Origin: Hormiphora californensis
Lineage: Eukaryota > Animalia > Ctenophora
Length of the DNA stretch: 64,000 nucleotides
Assembly (NCBI GenBank): GCA_020137815.1
Contig: CM035355.1
Span: 186,001 to 250,000, forward strand
Direction: 5' to 3'
Shown: positions 28,777-40,347 of the stretch, one piece after another
Layout of the letters: each line of letters starts with the position of its first letter
How positions within the stretch are numbered: position 1 is the first letter of the stretch
Program-made: the position numbers and the translations under genes
Notes under the pieces: generated by a model
What the model was told of the DNA's origin: nothing
Databases searched by the model: none
The model's input: only the letters and a program-made list of their open reading frames with translations

Positions 28777-31700
28777 TGGGAAGTGAACGCGGAGGTGAAC
28801 GCGGAGGCGTTTAGATGTGTTTGTGGGAAGGAGTTCACGAGTCAGCGAGGTAGGAATATTCATCGGGGGAAGATGAAGTGTTTATTGAAGGTGGATGGGG
28901 CACCGCAGGGACCTGGTCCTGTAAGCTCGGGTGGGGAATTTGGCCCGGTCGACAACCACAGTGCTGAAGATACCACAGCCCTACTGAAGATGAACACTGA
29001 ATTAGTACCACCTACCTCAAGGAATAGACGAGTGAACTGGCCATCGGGGACAGATAGTAGATGGAAAGAGTACGAGGATTCGGTCTCTGAAAGGTTAAGG
29101 GATGGGCAGGCTGGCTGTTTGTACCAGGATAAGATGGATGTTCATTGTACGGTTGTGTATGAGGTTGGCCTAGAGATGTTTGGTCTGGTGGAGGTGAAGA
29201 AGGGTGGCCGCAAGGAACCCTTTCGGAGTAGGAGGTGTAGGTTGATTGAGTCCCTGGTGGCGGAGAGGAGAGTTGTGAGGGCGGAGAGGACGGTAGGTTG
29301 GGAAGGTAAGGTGAGGGAGATTGCTTCCCAGTTATCCAAGCTGAGGAATGCAGAGAGAAGGAGAGAGAACGAGAGAGAAAGGAAGCGACAGAGAGGTCTG
29401 TTCAAGAGGAGCCCCTTCAAAGCTGTGAAGGAAATCCTAGAGCCGAGTCCAGTTGGGGAACTGCACTGCTCGAAGGACCAGCTAGATCAACATCTCCAGA
29501 CTACCTACGGAGACCCTGAGCGGGGGAAGGCCCTCGGGGTACTAGCTGGGCTCCCAGACTTTGCACCTGAACCAGAGGTCGCTTTCAACATGAAGCCTAT
29601 CTCCTGGAAGGAACTTGTGGAACTTGAACAAGTCTGCTTTTAAGTACCGGAGATATCCAGAAAACTGTCGGTGGTTTGAAGGAGTGTACATTCCCAAGGG
29701 GGAAGGGGATTTCACTCCGGCGACTGGTAGACCGATTTCCTTAGGTAACGTCCAGGGAAAGATCTACCTAGGGACACTTGCGAGGCGTTTAACAGAGTTT
29801 GTGGTAGAGAATGGGTACGTGGATAGGCGGATCCAGAAAGGTGGTGTTCCGGGGGTAAGTGGATGTGTGGAACACTTCGGGGCTATGTGGGAGACCTTGA
29901 AGGACGCAAGGATTATGAGGCGCAAGGATTATGAGGCGGGACCCGATCGTGGACATAGTCCTGAGTTACTTTTCTGGAGTCTTTGGTAGGTTCAGTTCAA
30001 GGGAGGTAACATCGAACTGGCAACAGTTCGAGGTTGGAATATTCATGGGGTGTGTCATCTCCGTTATTTTGTTTGTACTGTTTATGAACATGGTATCGGA
30101 GTATCTGGCCATCAAAATACCGCGTAGTGTGGCCTACGTGAAAGATGGCACACCGGTCCCTCCTTTGAAGCTGTTCATGGATGACAGTTGCCTCGTCACT
30201 GCCACACAGAGTGACATGCAAGTTATGTTGTCGGTGTTTGGAGAGTTTGTGGAGTGGGCGAGATTTACTGTTAAGTCATCTAAGTCTCGGGCCCTGGTGT
30301 TGGAGGGAGGTAAGGTGGTGGAGTCGGTGAGTTTGTCGTTTGGGGGTGAGACGATCCCGAACGTTACTGAGAAGCCGATTAAGTTCCTTGGTCGGTGGAT
30401 TCGGGCTGATGTAAGGGACACCGTCGCCATCGAGGAAACAGCTCGCCAGCTGAAGTTGTGGATGGGACGGTTGGACGAGAGTGGATTATCGGGTTTGGAG
30501 AAGTGCTGGGGTTACCAGTATCTTGTTCTGCCTAAGATGAAGTGGCCTCTGGCAATCTACGACACCCCGTTGACCACCGTAGCAGCCTGGGAACAGTCAG
30601 TAAACAGTTTCCTGCGAAAGTGGTTGGGTGGAGGTCACACTCTTAGCAGACTTTGTCTGTTCAACTCGGAGTCTTCTGTACGGCTCCCGTTGAACAGCCT
30701 CCTTGACACCTGGAAAGTGGAGAAGTGTAGACTGCAGCAGACTTACAGTTCTTCACAGGATGAAGTTATCCTAGCGCTTCAGCCTCTTGTCAGGTCTGGT
30801 AGAAAGTGGAAAGCAGGGGAAGAGTTAGAGGAGGCAGTTAGTGATGTTCGGTGTGATGCAGTCCGCGGTATGATTCCTCCATACCCTAGGGCAGGGATTG
30901 GCTTCGGTGAGTGGCGAAAGCCTTGGGAGAAGCTGTCGGACAGCGAGAGGAGAGGTGTTGTGATTGAGCGAGTTCGAGAGAGGTTAGACCAGGTGAGGAC
31001 TGTAGAGACCATGCAGTTAGAGGTTCAGGGGATGTGGTTAGCTTGGAGGGAGGATGTGGTCTCGATGGAGTTAAGCTGGAGAAGCCTATTCGATATGAAG
31101 GAGGGAATGGTTGGCTTCATCCTAAGAGCAGTTTATGGAACCCTTGTCGTGCCGTCGCTTGCAAAGAAGTGGAAGGAAGGGGAAGACGGTCTTTGCAAGC
31201 TGTGTGGTGATGCTCCAGGGAGTATTCGCCATATTCTAACCGGCTGTAAGGTGGCTCTGGGTCAGGGGAGATACCGGTGGCGGCATGACAAGGTCCTGCG
31301 GCAGATAGGCGAGCAGGTAAAGTTTCACTGCGAGGTCCGTGCTAACGCTGCATCGAGGTCCACGAGAGGGTCCCGGAGTATCGAGTTCGTTGCAGAGGGT
31401 AAGAAGGGGAAGAAGAAGGGGAAGAAGAGGGTTAGTGGGTGTGGGATCCTGTCAGGCGCTAAGGACTGGGTTGTCCTCTCTGACATCGGAGGTCAGCTCA
31501 AGTTCCCGGCGGAGATCGCCCAGACCAGGTTAAGGCCTGATCTTGTTGTCTTCTCGCGAGAGGTAAAGACGGTGATCTGGTGGGAGCTCACTTGCCCTGC
31601 AGAAGAGAGAATAGGGGATGCCCATACTCTCAAGATTGAACGGTACACGGACCTTGAGAGGGAGTGTGAGTCTAATGGGTGGAGGTGTTTTAATATGGCG

Positions 31701-31883
31701 GTAGAGGTTGGGGCTCGAGGGCAGGTCGCGGATAGTCTGGTTAGAGCAGCTTCTCGTCTTGGGTTTAGAGGGAGGGGTCTTAGGAAGCTGGTTAAGGATA
31801 CGGGGAAAGAGGCTGCTCACTGTTCCATGTGGATCTACTTCCATTCGGCGAAGAAGGAGTGGGAGTACAGGAATGTGGAGTAG
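28777..31883 (+). pseudogene. Broken RT-RLE polyprotein ORF of the HERO-like element (frameshifts/deletions near 29620 and 29905-29945)
   Basis: Three track ORFs (28660-29643, 29615-29989, 29931-31883) are consecutive pieces of one protein: RPISLGNVQGKI, IQKGG, GIFMGCVIS, LFMDD, IKFLGRW. The SAPGP-type segment and RT motif A (first catalytic Asp) are missing; a short tandem duplication (cgcaaggattatgagg) lies at 29904-29938. Confidence 0.88.
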
Positions 31884-32023
31884 TGGAGGCAGTGAAGTGG
31901 TTCAGACTCGCCCTCGCAGTGGAGTGTGTGTTTGGTCGGGTGTACCCTTACTGTCATAAACCTGTCAAAGGGGGAGGCAGTGAGGGACCCCAGTCGACAC
32001 ATTCATTCCGGGCAACTGGGTAT

Positions 32024-32143
32024 AGATCGAACGGTGGTCTCAGATTATCGAGATTGCCGGGGCGCCTGACTTAGTACCTTGTGTACCCGTACCGAATTAA
32101 AGCCCCGAAACGGTGTCAGGTTTACGGCTGATGAGTTCGATCT
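32024..32143 (+). ncRNA. Candidate non-circularly permuted (pseudoknotted) hammerhead ribozyme in the retrotransposon 3' UTR; predicted cleavage after GUA at 32091
   Basis: CUGAUGA 32128-34; GAAA 32107-10; stem III ccgu/acgg; stem I ccg/cgg; accessory helices agaucgaac/guucgaucu, gguggucuc/gagauugcc, ggggc/gcccc, ccugac/gucagg. Pairings were found by eye. Confidence 0.7.
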
Positions 32144-32264
32144 GAGTCTCGGTTTCTGGCGAGTGTCCACATTTACCATCTTAGTGGACGGAGGGTCTCG
32201 GTCTTTCCGCTGTTCCGGATCTCTTGGTGTTTGGCGGAGTTAGGTGTGATTTGGTTGCGTTTAG

Positions 32265-32395
32265 GTTTGGAGGTTTGGAGGTTGGTGGAGGTTTGGTGGA
32301 GGTTTGGAGGTTGTTGGAGGTTTGGAGGTTGGTGGAGGTTTGGAGGTTTGGTGGAGGTTTGCTGGTTGTTTGGTTTGGAGGTTGGTTTTGCGGGG
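32265..32395 (+). repeat. G/T-rich (TTTGGAGG / TTGGTGGAGG)n tract in the 3' UTR of the retrotransposon
   Basis: Direct reading of the sequence. Confidence 0.85.
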
Positions 32396-32727
32396 TTTGT
32401 CTCGGTTCTTTGGGTTTGGTCTGGCAGCATGATTCATGTTCTCAACTTACTTACTGCCCCTAATCTTTCTCTCTATTTCTCAACCATGTTAGGAACAGTA
32501 GTATAGACACTAAGTCTGCACACATTTTGAGGGTGTCTGTTGACTATTTGCCAGCAGTCCTAGTGTGTTTCACCTTGTGTTGTGTCTCTTATTTGTGTGT
32601 AATTACTATCGGGGTTCATAAACTATGAACGTTTGTTAGCCTATCGCGTTACAGGTTTAAATCACCTCCCCCTCACCCTCGGCCGGGCGATTAAACTCCA
32701 GTTGGCTGGGAACAGCCAACTTCATAA

Positions 32728-32986
32728 GGGGAAACTCTAACTGAATGGCATCCCATTAATGAGGTCCCATCAACAGTAAAACTCTAACTGATAATGGACC
32801 ACAGTGATGGTTCTTTCTCTGTATTCTCTCTGTAGGCAGTACATTGGGCATGCCCGGGAATTGATTGATTGGGCGCACACACAGAGAGAATACAGAGAAA
32901 GAACCATCACTGTGGTCCATTATCAGTTAGAGTTTTACTGTTGATGGGATCCCATTAATGGGATGCCATTCAGTTAGAGTTTCCCC
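32728..32986. mobile_element. PIF/Harbinger-like palindromic MITE
   Basis: GGGGAAACTC termini; TAA TSD; empty site cttcataacg at ~7927. Confidence 0.8.
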
Positions 32987-33820
32987 TAACGCGCCAGTCT
33001 ACAAACGTTCATAGTCACTGCGCTGGCAAGCGCAAAGGTGACCACCACCTCCCCCAGCCGCGCGTGCCAGAAAGCAGTAATAAGTTTTTTCAGTTTTTAG
33101 CCAAAAATGGCATTTTGCGACGCCCATAGCGAGGCCCCCACTGCACCAATCGGTCTGAAATTTGGTATACAGTGTTTTAGTTTTAGAGTTATGACATTGT
33201 GAAAAAATCAATAAATGTCCGTGTCACCACACAGCAAAGTTAAAATTAAAATTAAAATGTGACAGTGAAAATGTGAAAACAGTTTGTGAAGAAGTAACAC
33301 CTGTTTAGAGGTCGTGTCGAGGCTCCAAACAGATGTAACAAAAACTGGAACAATTGGGAGGGGTCGGTGTAGTTATCGACTCTATTAATAGCGAGTTTTA
33401 ACTTTAGTGTTGCGTCCGCCGACACCATGACAGAAAGTAAAAGATAAGGATTAGGGCATGTTTAGTGTTTATACTGTACTGTATGCGAAAGAAAGTCTTC
33501 AATTTTTAATAAAGCAATACAAGCCGTGCATCAATTCTTGATTAAGCTAAAAGCACTGCAAGCGTTGCATTATGAAAAATTAATGTAAATTAATTTTAAA
33601 TGGCCGCTCAAAATTATTCAACGCACTCAGTAATAGTTCCATTCGCGCGCGACAGAGCCTATGACAGTGTCGTCGCGCAATACGTTTAAACATTTATGCA
33701 GTTTTTTTTATAAAAAACTTCCTACCTAACGGGATCCCAAATTTTAGGTGTTGTCTCGTGAAGAGATGGTGATATCTCTCCAGAGTTCTCCCCTCTGTCA
33801 AAGAAGAGCTAAAGTGCTAT

Positions 33821-35338
33821 CATAGCACTGGTAAGTGCCCCGGGCCCAAAAGGGGGGTGTGGGGGCACAGCCCCCACCATAAACGGAGGTGTGGGGGCAG
33901 AGCCCCCACCTTAGAAATACCCTCTAACTCAAAAAACAAAAGAGAGAGCACACGCAACACTTCTACACACAAGCGCGTGAAAACCTGCCAGTGCTACTAT
34001 ATACCATTGCAGATTTCGGGGTTTTTGATGCTTTAAAAAAGCATGTTCCAGATGAAGTAGAGAGCTGAAATTTTGTACTCTGAGGGCCCTCATATAGGAG
34101 AAGAGGCATACAAATTTTCAGAACGATCGGATGTAAGGTAAAAATTTGCCAGAGGGGTCCCAAAATGCAAAAATGTAAGGAGGGGGAGGGGGAGGGGGAG
34201 GGGAGGGGGAGGAGGACGCTTTTTTATCTTTGAGTGTTCTCCTAAACCACAAATAGTAGAGACTTGCCGTTTGGAACAGTGGTTCCTTACATCATTGCGC
34301 TCGGTAATAGCTGTGTGAGAACTTCGAAATCGCCATGGTTCATTAATTATTCATTAATTAGTCATTAAATATTCATTTAAACTATGGTTGCGATATGGCA
34401 CGACTCGAAGGTCATAAAGAATTAAAACCGGTCTTATTCGACGCGGAATGGTCGATTTATGGGGGGTCTTACTCGGGACAAAAATCTCTATCTCGCCACG
34501 TTAAGCCGTTATTTGCATATTTATGCACCAATTCACGATTTTATGCATATTTTCAATATTTTCACTTCGGCTGGTCCTAGAACGTTTTCATGGACATATT
34601 TCGACGCAAAATAGTCAATTTATGGGGGGTCGTCCCCCGGACAAAAAGTCGTATCTCGCACCGTTAAGCCGTTATTTGCATATTTATGCACCGATTCATG
34701 ATTTAATGAATATTCTGAATATTTCCAGTTAGGCTAATCCTAGAACGTTTTCATGGACATATTTCGACGCAAAATAGTCGATTTATGGGGGGTCTTACTC
34801 GGAACAAAAATCTCTATCTGGCACCGTTAAGCCGTTATTTGCATATTTATGCACCGATTCATGAATTAATGCATATTCTTAATATTTCCACTTCGGCTGG
34901 TCCTAGAATGTTTTCATGGACATATTCCGGAGCAGAATAGACGATTTATGGGGGGTCGTCCCCCTGACAAAAAGTCGTATCTCTCACCGTTTAGTCGTTA
35001 TTCGCATATTTATGAACTATTTAAATTCTAAAATATGCAGAAATCATAAAAAATAGCTTTTTCTATTTAACACCAAAAAGAACAGAAATTAAGTCCAAAA
35101 ACCAATTAAATAAATTAGTTTGGATGCCCGGGCCCATGTGGTGTCACGGGGTAACACCTTTAGGCTACTGTCATAAATGATGGATATCGAGAGAGAGATA
35201 AAGGCAAAGGAAATTAGGATAGAAAGAGAGATATAATCAGGAAAGACGGAGAGATAGATTAGAGGAGAGAGAAAAAGAGAGATATAGTGAAAGAAACAGT
35301 GAGAGAGAGAAAGAGAGAGAGAGAAATAGTGTGTGAGA

Positions 35339-35418
<80 letters not shown>

Positions 35419-35554
35419 AAGATTGAAGGATAATAACAATTAAAAATTAACGAGATATGCCGTTAATTATGGCAGTAGCCTAAAGGTGTTACCCCGTGAC
35501 ACCACATGGGCCCGGGCATCCAAACTAATTTATTTAATTGGTTTTTGGACTTAA
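33821..35554 (-). mobile_element. HINE-like element with ~170-bp internal tandem repeats and a (GA)n-filled terminal stem-loop
   Basis: Hairpin gcact-ggta-agtgc plus subTIR gcccgggccca, recurring in arms 35089-35180/35460-35554; tandem units at 34430-35010. Confidence 0.55.
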
Positions 35555-36505
35555 TGCTATTATATACCCTGCTAACTTAAATAACCCGCCAGCGGCGAGA
35601 AGTCCCACTGGCGCGCTCTCAATATACAGCCAGTCCAGCGGCAGATTATTTCCCGCTGGCTGGCTGTTTATTATTAACTCCTATGTTACATTCAAAGTGT
35701 GTGTAAATGATCAGTTCTTACTGAAATACAGAGGGAACACTGTTTGCAAGAGTTACACACTGCATTGGAGAGAAAGAAACAACACATTCCGTCAATTTCT
35801 CTCTCTCTTTATCTCCCCTTTTGTTTCACTATCTCAATTCCTCTGTGTTATGTCTGGCATGCCCCATATCTTGTTATTTCTTTCTCTCTCTCCTTAGTAA
35901 CTGTTACCAAACAATATACACTCAATTGAGAGATGTTTTTGACTGTTTCTCAGTTCTCTTTGTGTGTTTTGATTAGTGTTCTCTCTCTTGTTAGTGTGTA
36001 ATACTTGAAACAAACAACTAAAGCAGGGTATAACCCATAAACTCTGACCAATGGCACGTTATTGGTTTAAACCCCTCTGCCTCTCCCTCGGCTACGCCTC
36101 AGGATCGTCGTCGTGATTTAAACCAGTTTATCCGCCACTGGCGGATAAACTACAGCTACCTTCTCCCAGCGGCGCGCTGGGAGAAAGGTATCTGAAATAA
36201 CGTGCCAGTGGCCAGAGTTTATGCCTCATATAGACCCCGCTGGCTCAAATAGACGCCCGCCCCGCGCGAACAATTTGCACTGGTCTATTGAGCCGTGCAC
36301 TGCCGTGAGTTTGTGTCTCGATAGACGCACGCCCTCGTACAGATTGATATGAAGATCACAAAGAATCACTGAAAACACGATAAAATGACTTGATAACACA
36401 AGAGGGAGTGTGTGTACAACCTTCTCTACCAAGAATTGACGCCAGCCAGTCTGTCGCTCATGACTACAATTCATTGGTACATCTCTCTGCATTCCACCCT
36501 TTTAA

Positions 36506-36974
36506 AGTGAGAGTGGACCGGATCAGAATTGGACAAGTTTGTTGTAGGTAGTAGAGAATAGCTCTCTGAGCATTTTGCCTTTTGGCCGCTCAAAATCGAC
36601 CCACCCATCACTGAGGTATTTTTGTTATGTTGGGAGAATTCCTGCTGGATCAGTATTTATCAAACAGGATAGAAACAATCCTTGTGTTTTACTAACACAT
36701 TCTTTAAATTTTTAATATGCTGGCTTGCATTGCCCTGCTTCTGTGCATGGACATGTCAACCTCACTGCTTGTATTCAGAATGTGTTAGTAAAACACTACG
36801 ATTGTTTCTATTCTGTTTTATACATACTGATTAAACAGGAGTTCTCCCAACATAACAAAAATATCTCAGTGATGGGTGGGTCGATTTTGAGCGGCAAAAA
36901 CGCAAAATGCTCAGAAAGCTACTCTCTACTACCTACAACAAACTTGTCCAATTCTGATTCGGTCCACTCTCACT
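36506..36974. mobile_element. Kolobok-like palindromic MITE (related fragments at ~1495-1580 and 9570-9920)
   Basis: Same AGTGAGAGTGGAC termini; TTAA flanks. Confidence 0.8.
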
Positions 36975-37687
36975 TTAAGGGTACGCTAACCAAAATTTTT
37001 CTGTTACAACGATAGTTATGAGTGTGTAGGAAGGTAGAGAGGCACTCTGTAGCTTCATTTCCAAATGTTTGACCCTTTTTATGCGAGATCTCTCTGTGTG
37101 AACCTAAATTGTGCTTGTTTTGCTTCTAGGTGCTTGCCAGCGGGGTCTATAGAACATAACTCCCTCCCTAGCTTGCGTGCAGATATACCTGTAAACCCCT
37201 CGCTAACGCTTGGGATTTACATAGTACATAACTCCCTCCAGCGCGGGCATCTATTCATCTATTGAGCTGTAATGCACGGGTCCCGAAGGGACCGTGCATT
37301 ACAGCCCTGTAAATCCCGAGCGTCAGCGAGGGGTTTACAGGCATATCTGCACGCAAGGGAGGGAGTTATGTTCTATAGACCCCGCTGGCGGGCACCTAGA
37401 AGCAAAACAAGCCCAAATTAGGTGGTTGACACACAGAGAGCTCACACAAAACGGGTCAAACAGTTGGAAATGAAGCTACAGAGTGCCTCTCTACATTCCT
37501 ACACACTCGTAACAATCGTCATAACAGTTTCAAAGGGTGGAATGCAGAGAGAGATTACAGTTAATTGTGGGTCATGAGCAACAGTTGCAACAGACTGGCG
37601 GGTGCCAAATCTAGACAGAGAGCGTTGTAGGTTGTACACACACTCCCTCTTGTGTTACCAAGTCATTTTATCGTGTTTCCAGTGATT

Positions 37688-37971
37688 ATAGTTGATAGAA
37701 GTTTATGGACAACTGAGACAATTATTTTATTCCAGGAAATAAATCACACGACGGTTTCGTCGAACATCGACATCATCAGGCTGCTCAAATTAATTTGTTT
37801 AAAGTAGTGTTGAAAAGTTTGAGCAGCCTGATGATGTCGATGTTCGACGAAACCGTCGTGTGATTTATTTCCTGGAATAAAATAATTGTCTCAGTTGTCC
37901 ATAAACTTCTATCAACTATTGAAGATGAGACTCATATCAAGCGTGGCAACACATGAACTTTATAACTTTAA
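37688..37971 (+). mobile_element. Penelope-like pLTR insertion with an inverted 5' copy and a degenerate hammerhead (37824-37860)
   Basis: 12-bp TSD tttccagtgatt (37676-87, 37972-83); empty site in the opposite arm at ~36360; ~100-bp inverted arms; CUGAUGA-u-gucga/ugu/ucgac-GAAACCGUC. Confidence 0.75.
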
Positions 37972-38109
37972 TTTCCAGTGATTCTTTGTGATCTTTACAC
38001 AAATCTGTCGAGACACAAACTCACGGCAGTGCACGGCCCAATAGACCAGTGCAAATTGTTTGAGCGCACCGTGCGTCTATTTGAGCCGGCGGGGTCTATA
38101 GGGCTGTAA

Positions 38110-38176
38110 CCCCCTAGTTCCATGCACCGAGATTCTGCAAAATGCCTTGCAAAGTATTTGCTCAATAGTAGCACAG

Positions 38177-38221
<45 letters not shown>

Positions 38222-39189
38222 ACTTCTGTCTTTGTTGGACTTGGTATACATATCAAATGTGTACGGTTGCATTGTCCGTTCATTTTCAAATTTAAGTTCC
38301 ATCCCAGTTTTGATCCCAATCCGTCCCAATTTGGCTTTAACTTTTTTTCTGTTTTCTTCAAATCTGGGGCAATATCATTTTTACGCTGTCCAATGGCTCA
38401 ATGCCCGTATGAAACTGATGACCCTTCAGTGTGTAACCCCATATAAGTGTGGTTGCACCCCCTTTCGCCTGCAACTGACAGACTGGGCGACGTCTATTTT
38501 GCAGATATCTCCAAAACTGCAGATATTCGGCTAATTCAGGAGCTTGGTTTTTCTGCGAATACTTCGCAAAAAAATCCAAAAGATTTTGTGAAGTATCTGC
38601 AGTACCTATCTCTATTATAATTTGGAGATGAACGTCGTCGAAGTGGCCGTTCGTTAGGCGGTATCTAAGCGACAGTCTGCTCCTTCATAAAACACTTTAT
38701 AGGCCAAAAGCTGTAAAGCTGTTATTCACACTTTTGGAACTTCCAGTGGAAGTTAATTTATATTTTCGAATGACTTTTAACATGCCAGTCACCATGTTTA
38801 CCAATTCAGTTGCCATGGCAACCGTGTTATTGACGTTGAAAGGGGCGAAAAGAACCACCCGGCGAAGCCGGGTGTTTTATCAAAAAGCCCTTACTTGAGG
38901 CGCACCCAATGGGTGCGCTATCTCTATTATAATTTGGAGATGAACGACGTCGAAGTCGTTCGTTCAGTGCGTTTCTACGCGACAGACTGCTCCTTCATAA
39001 AACACTATGTGCCCAAAGCTGTAAAGCTGCTGTTCACAGTTTTGAAACTTCCAGTGGAAGTTTATTCATATTTTCGAATGACTTTTAACATGTCAGTCCC
39101 CATAGTTACCAATTCAGTTGCCATGGCAACCGTGTTATTGACGTTGAAAGTGACGAAATGAGCGTGGAACGGTGCATGGAACTAGGGGG
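38110..39189. mobile_element. TIR element (ccccctagttccatgcaccg) with TAA duplication
   Basis: 20-bp perfect TIR; taa on both sides; empty site gagctgtaatgcacgg at ~37265; internal ~330-bp tandem duplication. Confidence 0.7.
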
Positions 39190-39523
39190 TAATGCACGGT
39201 CCCTTCGGGACCCGTGCATTACAGCTCAATTGATTATCTGCCTGGAGGGAGTTATGTACTATATATACCCTGATTTAATTGTTTGTTTCAAGTATTACAC
39301 ACTAACAAGAGAGACAGAACACTAATAAAAACACACAAAGAGAACTAAAAAACAGTCAAAACACCTCACAATTGAGTGTATATTGTTTGGTAACAGTTAC
39401 TAAGGAGAGAAAGAAAGAAACAACATGATAAGGGGCATGTCAGGAATTAAGATAATAGTGAGACAGAAGGGGAGATAAAGAGAGAGTAATAATCGACGGA
39501 ATGTGTTGTTTCTTTCTCTCCAA

Positions 39524-40347
39524 TAGTCAGGACCACTATTGGTGCGTGGTCGTGCCCACGGAAGGAGTGCTTGGATCATCTTGAAACCGGTTTTAAGTTC
39601 ACTAATGCATACCCGAAAGTGTCTGTAGCCATTTGGGTGATGTTCTGACAATTCAATCACGAGTGATGACCGAAAAACAGTCAAAAAAGACGTTTTAAAG
39701 TGACAAAAAGGAGGATCTGAACACAGCCCTTATATGAAGGGCTGGGGCTATGAAACTTCTTGTGTGGACAGAGAATCGTCCAAATTTGCAGTGCCAACTT
39801 TCAGATAGTTGCTATCTTTTATAGTTATCTAATTAGAGCCATTCAAACATGCGAGACGATCTTTATGACCCTGCAAAACAGGGTGATTAGGTACTACTTC
39901 CATCTCATATTGCTTGCTCTCACCGCTTGTATGCTTTAATCCGCTCTCTAATTGGGCAAATCTCGTCAAGTGATCACTTCACAAGCTGCAGTATTATAGG
40001 CCCAATTAGCAATTTCTCACATGTTTAAACGACTCTAATTAGATAACTACAAAAGATAGAAACTATCTGAAAGTTGACACTGCAAATTTGGACGATTCTC
40101 TGTCCACACAAGAAGTTTCATAGCCCCAACCCTTCATATAAGGGCTGTGTTCAGATCCTCCTTTTTGTCACTTTAAAACGTCTTTTTTGACTGTTTTTCG
40201 GTCATAACTCGTGATTGGATTGTCAGAACATCACCCAAATGGCTACAGACACTTTTGGGTATGCATTAGTGAACTTAAAACCGGTTTCAAGATGATCCAA
40301 GCACTCCTTCCGTGGGCACGACCGCACACCAATAGTGGTCCTGACTA
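39524..40347. mobile_element. Academ-like palindromic element (TAGTCAGGAC termini); partial second copy at 58923-59480
   Basis: 3-bp TSD caa/caa, confirmed by the empty paralogous site at ~35765; ~330-bp TIRs. Confidence 0.82.

Larger units (their letters stand above)
28777..32451 (+). mobile_element. HERO-like non-LTR retrotransposon (restriction-like endonuclease group), 5'-truncated and decayed
   Basis: 13-bp TSD tactgcccctaat at 28764-28776 and 32452-32464; short (ACTT)n 3' tail. Encodes N-terminal Zn finger CVCGK..IHRGKMKC, RT, Zn knuckle CKLC..H..C, RHD motif and the RPDLV..WELTCP endonuclease. The empty site is visible in the paralogous repeat near 6555-6575. Confidence 0.9.
36230..38099. 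mobile_element. Large palindromic element (tagaccccgc.ggctcaaatagacgc ends) with nested Kolobok-like and Penelope-like insertions
   Basis: Arms 36230-37260 and ~37310-38099 are reverse complements apart from the nested inserts. Confidence 0.7.

Noticed and set aside
32024-32143. Canonical type II hammerhead reading (stem II agaucgaac/guucgaucu followed by GGUG..UG)
   Set aside because: This register lacks GAAA and a UH cleavage site; the permuted register supplies both.
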